In this document: piece by piece, positions 20,909-29,563 of the stretch
Position numbering within the stretch: position 1 is the first letter of the stretch
Layout of the letters: the number at the start of each line of letters is the position of its first letter
Notes under the pieces: generated by a model
What the model saw: only the letters and a program-made list of their open reading frames with translations
The model's database searches: none
Told to the model about the DNA's origin: nothing
Position numbers and translations under genes: made by a program
Assembly: GCA_008690995.1 (NCBI GenBank)
Contig: VRMN01000006.1
Span: 682,001 to 746,000 of the forward strand
Direction: 5' to 3'
DNA length: 64,000 nt
DNA from: Porphyridium purpureum
Taxonomy: Eukaryota

Positions 20909-21783
20909 CCTTTGTCTATCTCACTGTTCATTCTTATCATTCCATACGTTTCTATCAAACGCGCCTTCCTTTCCTATACTCCCACTACGCCTACTAATGC
21001 CACCATGATTACTAATGAGCACGACTAATAGTAGCACCAAGTTTACTACTAGCAACCCACGTTTCGGAAGACTTTTGTGTTCTTTGTCTTGTTTCGGTGT
21101 TCCTGGTGTTCTCGGTTCACGGTTTGAGCAGCGCGGGCGCGCCGGCCCCCCTCAATATGTACTCACAAAGAATGAAAAGGCGCTCTGTCAGTCGATACGG
21201 TACGGTTGGATGACTGGACATTGATGTGTGTACAGTGATATAAAAAAGGGAGTTATTTAACTTGGATTAAATCATTCCAGGAGAGGGTGAGCGGGGGTCG
21301 TGTACAGTGGACTGTACGTCGTCCACATGGAAGTGAGGTGAGGCGGTGTTTGTTTGGGATGGTGCGAGAGAGGAGAAGGAGAGAGAGAGGGGGACATGTG
21401 TTGGTAGATGTGTGGGGCATGAATTGTGGCGGTGGTGGAGGAGCAGCAGCAGCAGAGTGGCCAGGGGTGTCGCGGCGCTGGGTGGAGGGATTGGAAGCTC
21501 GGAGTTGGAATTGGCGCGCGCAGTGGGGTAGGATTGGCGCGTGAATGCGCAGAAGGGGCAAACGTGTGGGCCGGCAGTCCTCGAGCATGTGCTCGCGCAG
21601 AGCGGCTGACGATCGCTAGTTTCTATACCTTGCACTCGCGCCTTCCGTCTGCAGGTGGTCGCGACCACGTCCCGCGTAGAAACGGCAACGCAGGCTGGGC
21701 AATCTGGCCATTTGTTCTCTGCCCGGCGGCGGCAGCAGCTGTGGTCGTGCGGGGGCGTGACGCCTTTTCGCCGACAGGGAGCG

Positions 21784-23172
21784 ATGGGGCTGCGCGTTTC
21801 GTCGTGGTGGCGTGGGAGAGGAATACGCGGTAGGAGGTTATGGAGCGATGAGGCCGCAGGCCGACCACAACCACCGGCGGCGCCCGCGTTTGATGCGCGT
21901 GTGCCGTTCTTGTCCGACTACGTGTTTCGCTGGGGCGCCCCGCCGCGCTCCGTCATGTTGGTGTGGGGACGGATGGCGGCGACCAAGCACGCCGCGCTCT
22001 TGCAGGGCGTTTTGGACAGTTTGCGGCGGGTGAAGAGGACGCATAGCGAGTCGCTCGATGTCTACACGTACGCTGCGTGGCGTCGAACAAAGCAAGAGGA
22101 CGCGCTGGGTACGCCCGTGGGGACAGGTTTGCACGTGCCGCCGGAATTCACGGTGATCAGGCTGGCACTAGAGCAGGGCACGCCACGGGCAATCGTGGTG
22201 CGCCCGGCCTTGTCGCCCGGAATCATGCCGCACCGCCATCATTCCACATCCCATGCGCCGCAGGAGCAATCACCAAAGCACCTGCACGGCAGGGAATGGC
22301 CCGACGTGGACTTGTTGTGCGTCATTGGGGGCGACGGCCTCGTGGTGCATCTGTGCCGTGACGTGTATCGACACCGCCCGGTTCCAATGCTGCTCGCGTA
22401 CGATTTGGGAGGCAATCTCGGCTTTTTGTCGCCATGGAGAGCCGAGGAATTTGAACAGCACCTGCAACGTATTCTGAGCACAAGCGAGACGCACAACATG
22501 AACGAGCGGCAGCGCTTGCTTTGTCGCGTGCTCAGGCGTGAGTCCTTTGTGCGAGGGCCCCCTGTGGACCATCCGCAGCACACAGAGTCAGTCGCCTCGA
22601 GCCAAGCGTCCAAGAGCGCGCATCAGCAGGACTCGCAGCCTGCTCGCGACACAGAAGACTGGTTCCTGGCGCTCAATGAGGTCGTTCTGGAACGCGGCCT
22701 CATGCCAAAAGTTGTGGAGATTGACGTGTACTGCAGCCAGCGTTACGTGACACGCATTCGTGCCGACGGAGTGGTCATTGCCTCTCCCACCGGTAGTTCG
22801 GCGTATTCTCTCGCCGCCGGAGGCTCACTGGTCCACCCGGGGGTTGCGTCGCTGCTTCTGACTCCCGTAAGTGCCCAGAGCCTCGCGTCGCGCCCCGCGC
22901 TTTTCCCTCAGTTCTGCTACCTCGATCTTATCCCCCGCGTTCATGCGGCCGACGAGGGCATGCACATGATGCTCCGCTCAGACGGCGCCACCGTGCGGCA
23001 CGTGCTTCCGAACGACGTGTTTCGTGTGCAACTCAGTGAATGGTCTGTGCATAGCTTCACACCGGGAGACTCGACAAGTGACTGGATCCGAGCAGTGGAC
23101 CGGAGTCTACGCTGGAATGCACGCCTCATCCAGAAGCCGCCCCTGTCTCCGACCTCCTCAAAGGGAAGGTAG
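21784..23172 (+). CDS. NADK: NAD(H) kinase, probably organelle-targeted
   Basis: GGDG, GNLGFL, LNEVVLERG, DGVVIASPTGSSAYSLAAGG; first ATG 21784. Confidence 0.92.
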   Translation: MGLRVSSWWRGRGIRGRRLWSDEAAGRPQPPAAPAFDARVPFLSDYVFRWGAPPRSVMLVWGRMAATKHAALLQGVLDSLRRVKRTHSESLDVYTYAAWRRTKQEDALGTPVGTGLHVPPEFTVIRLALEQGTPRAIVVRPALSPGIMPHRHHSTSHAPQEQSPKHLHGREWPDVDLLCVIGGDGLVVHLCRDVYRHRPVPMLLAYDLGGNLGFLSPWRAEEFEQHLQRILSTSETHNMNERQRLLCRVLRRESFVRGPPVDHPQHTESVASSQASKSAHQQDSQPARDTEDWFLALNEVVLERGLMPKVVEIDVYCSQRYVTRIRADGVVIASPTGSSAYSLAAGGSLVHPGVASLLLTPVSAQSLASRPALFPQFCYLDLIPRVHAADEGMHMMLRSDGATVRHVLPNDVFRVQLSEWSVHSFTPGDSTSDWIRAVDRSLRWNARLIQKPPLSPTSSKGR

Positions 23173-23352
23173 CGATCTTGGCGCTCTTTCGTAGTGTCAG
23201 TGAATGCACTTTATGGGTTGGTTAGCGGGGCCTCTGTTTCTTTTCATTTCCTAATATTAACAATATTCAATAACCCTCCTCCGGATTGTCGTTTTGCTGC
23301 AGGAGCTCGCTCGTGCTCCTCTCGCCAGCGTGCCCGTTCGAGCGTGCACAAA

Positions 23353-26300
23353 TCAAGATAACAAGTGTTTACGCCTGGTCACCCAAGGATGATTCCATGT
23401 ATCTGCCAAAGAGATGCGAAGAAACCCGTTCTTCTCGAGCATCTGCCTGAGCAGCGACTTGGCGTCCTGCGACACATTCCGCGTGTCGGGGAACTCGAGT
23501 TCGTCGCAGCAGATGGCGCGAAACATTTCAGTGACGGACGAGCCGCCGCGGAATGGCACGCGGCCATAGAGCATGTAGTACAACGTTGCACCCAAAGACC
23601 ATATGTCGACGCAGTACGGGATGTCCGGCGACGACGTGGGCGCATCCGTGGACGCGCACATTTCTGGAGGCATGAATGCCGGCGTACCGCCGACGCCGCG
23701 ACTCGACGCGTTGCCGCCCGAGTCCGATGTCATACGTGGAGATAACATGCTTGCCTTGGGCGCCACCGTGAGAGGCACCCCGAGCTCATTCAGCGGGTCG
23801 CCCGCAAGGAACTCCAAATTTGCCGCCGCACCGGCGGAGCCAGCGCCCGGCGCATCCTGTGCTTGAAAGCAGAACGACGACCCCAAATCGGAAATTTTGA
23901 TGCGCCCATCTGCCTTCTTGAGAACGTTTGACGGCTTCAGATCACGATGTACAACACGGTTGTCGTGCAGAAATTCAACGCCGCGCAGCATGTCAATAAA
24001 GATAGGGAAAGCGTCTGCCTCAGATAAGGGCTCGGCACCTTCGAGCTTGTGAGCATCATCCATCAGTAAACCACCCTCCATGTAATCCAAAACCATAAAG
24101 AGAGAATCGCGTTTCGGGTCGTCGAACACGTCGACCAGCCCAACAAGGTTCGGATGGTGGTCCAGAACTTTCATGATCTGGATCTCGCGGTTTTCTGCCA
24201 AAAGAGACGTGAAGTTTTCCGTCTGCTTCTTCGCGAACAAGCCCGCGCGCTTCTGCTTTCTCAGCACGGTCTTTGACAGCGTCTTGACTGCGAAAAAGCA
24301 CTCTTGCTGGATGCCTAGCGCCAGACGCACCTCACCGAATGAGCCGCGCCCAATCGTGCGCAGCAAGACGTACTCACGTCCAGACGCGGCGTCGCCAATC
24401 ACGGGCCACTCCCAAATGCTTTTTCGATCGAAAGTATCCACATAAGCATTGTAAGGTTTGCCACCTGGTATGGGCGGTGCGGCTTTTGCCTTTTGCCGGT
24501 ACAACTTGGCGCTTGGTGAAACCAACGCACACAGGCCCATCAGCCACATTTCAGCCGCTTCACGGGATGAAAAAGTCAGGTTCACCGCCGAACAATACGT
24601 TCCCGAAGATGCTGTCGCGGTGGCTGTACCATGCAGACCGCTGTGCGCACTCGAGGCGCCACGAGCGACGGATCCAAAACTGCCATAGGAGGAGCTTCCA
24701 AAGCGCGGACTCAGACTGCTGAGTGTCGACTGCACACGCACATTTATGCTCGTTTCGAGCGGGAGCCGTGTGCTGAACTCTAGCTGCAACTCGGTGCCAT
24801 TTGTTCTGATCTTCATCACTTTGGTCAGAGGGATGGGGGAACACAGCATCTCGAGACGTCGACTACCGCGCGCAATACAAAGAAGCTCGAGCGTGTCGTC
24901 CAAGTATAGATATGCAGACTCTACTCTCATTGGAACCACGGATGGCGACGACTGATCGACCGGTGACAGGACGCCGCTGCTGCCACCGCCGCCGTTAAAC
25001 TGGTCAGAAGTAGTATTACTACCGCTGCTTATGGTGTGCGGCGCATGCGCATTGCTCAAAGAGCGCCTGCGCCCTAGAAGGCCGGTGGCAAACTGCGTGG
25101 CGGCGGCTGCAGCCGCGCCAGCTATCGCTGAGCCCGTTCCCGCACGCTTACTGCTAGGATCGGAGCTGCGAACAAAAGCCGGCACCACATCCACCGGACG
25201 CAGCATGTACAGCACGCAGTCAAGACTGGACGTAAACGGTAGGAGCGCCGGAGGCGGTAGCGTGCAGACCTTACGCAGCGCAAGTCGATCGGCCTCTGGA
25301 ATCTGAAGCACTTTCGAATCCCAGCGACGAAATCGTCTCGTGCGCCCGCTTGGTGAGCCGATCGAGTCTAGAAGCTGCTGTTGGTCTCCCGCCGCTGCGT
25401 CGAGGAGGTTCGTAGAAAGCAGTTCGGTATCCGCCGAGTCGTGGATGTCGGACAGGTCGCTCAAACGGTCCAGACTTACATTCGGAATAATGCTCCGGCT
25501 CTCCGTGTGGCTCTTTTCTGTATTACTTCGATCACTTGTCCGGTCTGTCCGAGTCCGCTCTCCAGGAGCCGGCTTCTGATGTGAGCTCGAGCTGTGGCTA
25601 GTTCGTAAGCCCTTTGGATTGTAAAATGATTTGGACGCGTTTCCGTCGCGTTGCGCACCAAGCGTCTTCCGAGGCCCATTCTCGTGGCGCGCGCTGCTGA
25701 CCTTCGGGGCTGCGGCCGCATCAGAACTGTTTTCATCGCCTTCGGTATCGATCTTCCGGTCCGGAATGAAAACAAAAAGCTTGCTGCTTTTCTTCCTGCT
25801 TAACTTTTCAGGCCGGGTTCCTCCACCACCCAAGCCGGGGTTTTCCGACAAATCTCCCGCAGGAGTACTTGTACCCTTGCTCGGGCTCAACGAAGTAGTC
25901 GTTCCGCCGCCAGTATTCACACCTGTCGCATTGCCGGGTAAAGAGCCCCTTTTGCCGTCACTGATCTCAACCATGCTTGCTCTGGCTTTGCGCGGCGAGC
26001 TGGATTCATGATCTCCGAATGCGGTCGAGGTATGCACTTCTTCGCTTATTCCCTTGGGACGAATGGGCCCACGCTTTCCTCCGTTCTGAAAGCCCAGAAA
26101 TGAGCCTGTCCGGCTGCCGAGCCCGCCTTTCGATGCATCTAACTTGCGGTCCGCGTTTCCTGTGCCCGGGAGAAGGGTGTCGGCGCTCGCATTCCCGGGC
26201 ACTCCGATGATCCTGGCCGGTGAGCTCTCGCTCTTTGCGCGCGAGCGGTGCGCAAGGTTTGCCGCACTGGATAATGATTCAAGGGTGTCCATGGTGTCTC

Positions 26301-26691
26301 GTGGCGCGGCGCTGTCACCTCCTAGCTGCATTGCGCTGAGCGGTGCGGTCAGCTCAAGCTCGCGTGCATACATAATATCTAATCGCTTTCGGGAATCACC
26401 AATGGGATGTTTTGGCGCAATCTTGAGGCGATGCGCGGCGCCTGCGTCCGGTCTAACTGCCTGCGCATCCGCGCTCGCCACCTTTGCAACCGAAGTAGCA
26501 GCAGCAGTAGTAGAACTACCACCACTTCCACTACTGCTGCCCGGTACGTCTGCACTGTGCTGCGTCACGGTCTCCATGGACGCCGAACGAGCCGCAGGCG
26601 CCGGCGCCGCCGCTCTTATTGCGTGCTCTTCGTGCGCGTGATGCGCGCTCACGTGCGCCGCGTTCCCGCTTCCACTTGCAGAGCCGCGCAT
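23353..26691 (-). CDS. Ser/Thr kinase, CaMKK/SnRK1-activating-kinase-like, with upstream PH-like domain and long disordered N-terminus
   Basis: IGRGSFGEV, AVK, HRDLKPSN, DLG, GTPAFMPPE, DIWSLG; VFDDPKRDSLFMVLDY resembles the CaMKK family. Confidence 0.88.
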   Translation of the reverse strand: MRGSASGSGNAAHVSAHHAHEEHAIRAAAPAPAARSASMETVTQHSADVPGSSSGSGGSSTTAAATSVAKVASADAQAVRPDAGAAHRLKIAPKHPIGDSRKRLDIMYARELELTAPLSAMQLGGDSAAPRDTMDTLESLSSAANLAHRSRAKSESSPARIIGVPGNASADTLLPGTGNADRKLDASKGGLGSRTGSFLGFQNGGKRGPIRPKGISEEVHTSTAFGDHESSSPRKARASMVEISDGKRGSLPGNATGVNTGGGTTTSLSPSKGTSTPAGDLSENPGLGGGGTRPEKLSRKKSSKLFVFIPDRKIDTEGDENSSDAAAAPKVSSARHENGPRKTLGAQRDGNASKSFYNPKGLRTSHSSSSHQKPAPGERTRTDRTSDRSNTEKSHTESRSIIPNVSLDRLSDLSDIHDSADTELLSTNLLDAAAGDQQQLLDSIGSPSGRTRRFRRWDSKVLQIPEADRLALRKVCTLPPPALLPFTSSLDCVLYMLRPVDVVPAFVRSSDPSSKRAGTGSAIAGAAAAAATQFATGLLGRRRSLSNAHAPHTISSGSNTTSDQFNGGGGSSGVLSPVDQSSPSVVPMRVESAYLYLDDTLELLCIARGSRRLEMLCSPIPLTKVMKIRTNGTELQLEFSTRLPLETSINVRVQSTLSSLSPRFGSSSYGSFGSVARGASSAHSGLHGTATATASSGTYCSAVNLTFSSREAAEMWLMGLCALVSPSAKLYRQKAKAAPPIPGGKPYNAYVDTFDRKSIWEWPVIGDAASGREYVLLRTIGRGSFGEVRLALGIQQECFFAVKTLSKTVLRKQKRAGLFAKKQTENFTSLLAENREIQIMKVLDHHPNLVGLVDVFDDPKRDSLFMVLDYMEGGLLMDDAHKLEGAEPLSEADAFPIFIDMLRGVEFLHDNRVVHRDLKPSNVLKKADGRIKISDLGSSFCFQAQDAPGAGSAGAAANLEFLAGDPLNELGVPLTVAPKASMLSPRMTSDSGGNASSRGVGGTPAFMPPEMCASTDAPTSSPDIPYCVDIWSLGATLYYMLYGRVPFRGGSSVTEMFRAICCDELEFPDTRNVSQDAKSLLRQMLEKNGFLRISLADTWNHPWVTRRKHLLS

Positions 26692-27173
26692 CGTGCGCCG
26701 ACGACGCTCTCATACACCGTGTCCCCCTCTAGTCTATTCCCCACTATCACCCAACACAACCTCTCTCTCTCCCGCTCTCTTTCTCTGCTTGCTTCATTCG
26801 TCTCACGCACACACACACACACGCACCAACAACACGCCAATCACTTTTTCTAACATTGAAGATTAAAATATACAGTTAAACAACTCATTAATCATAAGCA
26901 TCTAATAAAACGTGACGCTTTCATAGAAAATAGGTACAGTCCACTTCATGTACCTTCGTCGAACTGAATCAAAAAAATAATAATAAAATACAAGAATGTA
27001 AATAATTTAAGCAATTGGAATTATTAAAATAACGAAATAATTAAGAAGTCAAAGTGAAAAAAATGGAGGGAGCGCGAAAAAATCTGGCGAGGTTGACGAA
27101 GAGGTGAAGAGAGAGGGAAGAAGAGGAACTGGGTGTGTGTTTGGGTTGTGTGTTGGGGGTGTGGAGACAGGCG

Positions 27174-27458
27174 ATGTCGGAGGCGATTGAGGATGCCGAG
27201 CTCCTGAGTGAGTTTATGGAAAGTGCGGAAAATGGGGCAGCGGCGGCGGACGCAGAGCAGCGCCGGGCGAACGCGCGCGGCGCGCCGCCCACGTTGGGCA
27301 ATGACGACAGGAAGGACGAGTTTCCGGACGCGTGGAAAGTCGGGCTCGGGCTGTTAGGTATGGCCGCGTGTTTCGTGCTGTTTATGCTCCTGCCAGACGG
27401 CCATGAGCCCCGTGATGTAGAGGTCGCGGGAAAGAGCGAAGAGGAAAAGAAGAAATAG
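27174..27458 (+). CDS. Small single-pass membrane protein
   Basis: ATG after GA/GT-rich leader; TM segment AWKVGLGLLGMAACFVLFMLL; EEEKKK end. Confidence 0.5.
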   Translation: MSEAIEDAELLSEFMESAENGAAAADAEQRRANARGAPPTLGNDDRKDEFPDAWKVGLGLLGMAACFVLFMLLPDGHEPRDVEVAGKSEEEKKK

Positions 27459-28234
27459 GGCGCGTTGGTTGGCAAAGCGGCAACGGGCGAGTTGAGAGCG
27501 AGGATACGGCAGTACATGACGATATAAACTTTAGTTCGCAGATGCGTCTTTGACGCATTTTTTTCCCTGAAATGGTCGACGGGTAGTTCACACGATTCGC
27601 AGTCCAAGTGCCACTCTGACAGTCCATTCCGAATCCCAAGCAAAAGTTTCGCGGCACCGAAAGAGCGACATCCCGCCCGACTCGCCAACAGCTCTGTCCT
27701 CACTGTACATGATGAAGCAGATAGCAACGGTGCCGCACACCATCTCGGCCTCTGCGCTGGCTCGAAGGGGGATTGAGTCGACAACTGGCTTTGATATCTG
27801 CCTCAATGTCTCGCATGCCAAATGCCGAGCGGAAGTGGGACACACTATTCTGATCGATTCAATCGGCATTGAGAAACAGTTCTCAATTGGATCCTCGGCC
27901 GAAGCTGATGTAGTCAAGTTCTGGAGCACAACCACATCGCGAATACGCAGTCACAAAGGACAGTACCTTTTGATGTCCAACCACACACTCAAACACAGAA
28001 TCTTTGTTTAAGCGCCCCACAGACTGTGCCAGATCCAATGCGAGGCGCGGGTTCCATACGCGGAAGCGGGTCTGAGACCACGGCAGTATCGGGGCTCGTG
28101 CTTCTAATCGCACGCAAACACCGCTGCCGCCGTACAGTACAAGGCTTGTAGGACGGCTTTGCAGCGGTTCAAGCCGGACTGTGCAAGCACAATTACCCAG
28201 CCGACATGGAGAAGCGCTCGTCTTGCAATGTACG

Positions 28235-29479
28235 CTAACCTGGCAGTTTTGTGGATTCATAGACGCCGCGCTTCGGTTCCTTCTCTTCATCACTATCCGC
28301 ATCAAACTCGATTTCCTCGCGAGTTCGCTTCTTCTTTGACGTGGACACTTGCTCCATTGGTCTCTCAGCCTGAGCTTGAGCCTGAGCCTGAGCCTGAGCC
28401 TTCGATGGTGTTCTTACCACGGCCGCAAGCGAGAAGGACGCACCCCCTGGGGATGCGCGTTTCTGCAGTCGGCTGGGTCCAACTGCCACACCGCCTGCGG
28501 GCGCATTTTTCTTTGGCGTGATCGTGCTCGGCCCACCCGCTGTGCCACTTGCGGACACAGATTTTTGCGGTGAGTTCGCGCTCGGTCTACCCACCCAGCT
28601 GTTGGCAGATGCAGATTTCTTTGGTGTACTGACCGGACTCCTTGCGTGCGCGAGTGTCTTAGGATGAACGTCTTGCCTTCCAGTCGATGCCGTGCGCAAA
28701 AGAGGGACTGTTGTGTCCTCGATCTCCTTCTGCTTTTCTTTCGCCGCTTGCTTACTTTGATTCGGAGGCCTTCCGATGCGCCTTTTCTCCATTTCGGTGC
28801 CGGCAATCGAAGCAAAAGTCTTCTTCGGCATCTTGTCCTGCACTTCTTGGCGCATTTTCTCGTATAGAGAGAACTCTTTGTACTGCCACATGTCGGACTT
28901 GCTAAGCACTTGTCCATCCGCTTTACAAAAAGGTACGTTTGCCTGCGTCGAATACAAGCCACCGTGTTCGTTCCCATCCAGCAGGTCCCACGCATTGAAA
29001 ATGTAGCCCTCATCTGCCTGAATCCTGTCCAGGACATCTCGCCTCGCGGGAGACTCTGCAAGAGGAGCACGCGCGCTCCACTCCTCGCTGATATATGCAG
29101 CATCTGAGTCCGGGTACTGGATAGACTCATCGCACGCCTCGAGTACATGTCGCAACCTCGGGTCGATTCGCCACTTGTCGTCCTCGTCTGAGCTCAATTT
29201 CTCGCGCACAGCATGGACACACTTGGCCCAATTGTACGCGTAGCATGTCACGACGGAGCAATCCCTACCACCATCGCACCGTCCCTCCGGGCCGTGTCCC
29301 GAGCACGGCTCAATCGCAACCGCGCCGAGCGCACGCGTCTGCGCAACGCCTACCAGCGTGCCGTCCCGCAGCATCCGGAATGCCAGCTCGCGCTCGCGCG
29401 CTGTGAGGTCGTGCATGCCCCATGGCGTGATCAATTTCTTCTTCAGCGCATCCTCCGCACTCGCATCGCGACCAGCCAT
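28235..29479 (-). CDS. Hypothetical nuclear protein: Cys-containing N-terminal domain, AT-hook-like motif, CDK-site repeats; may have a further 3' exon
   Basis: First ATG 29479; KRRIGRPP; TPKK/SPQK/TPKK; KKKRTR. Confidence 0.68.
   Translation of the reverse strand: MAGRDASAEDALKKKLITPWGMHDLTARERELAFRMLRDGTLVGVAQTRALGAVAIEPCSGHGPEGRCDGGRDCSVVTCYAYNWAKCVHAVREKLSSDEDDKWRIDPRLRHVLEACDESIQYPDSDAAYISEEWSARAPLAESPARRDVLDRIQADEGYIFNAWDLLDGNEHGGLYSTQANVPFCKADGQVLSKSDMWQYKEFSLYEKMRQEVQDKMPKKTFASIAGTEMEKRRIGRPPNQSKQAAKEKQKEIEDTTVPLLRTASTGRQDVHPKTLAHARSPVSTPKKSASANSWVGRPSANSPQKSVSASGTAGGPSTITPKKNAPAGGVAVGPSRLQKRASPGGASFSLAAVVRTPSKAQAQAQAQAQAERPMEQVSTSKKKRTREEIEFDADSDEEKEPKRGVYESTKLPG
28367..28400 (+). 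repeat. Hexanucleotide repeat (GAGCCT)n encoding AQAQAQ on the minus strand
   Basis: agcctgagcttgagcctgagcctgagcctgagcc. Confidence 0.85.
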
Positions 29480-29563
29480 CTGCGCGGTCGTTGAAGGACA
29501 CAAGCCCCATCGCTACTCGCGTTTCTTCGTAGTGCTCGGCAAAGAAGTCTCGAAACAGCGACC

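Noticed and set aside
20233..21008. Pro/Ser/Leu-rich ORFs upstream of PP1
   Set aside because: Translation products of the pyrimidine-rich tract
26850..27060. AT-rich island as horizontal transfer or replication origin
   Set aside because: About 200 bp between divergent genes; most simply promoter DNA
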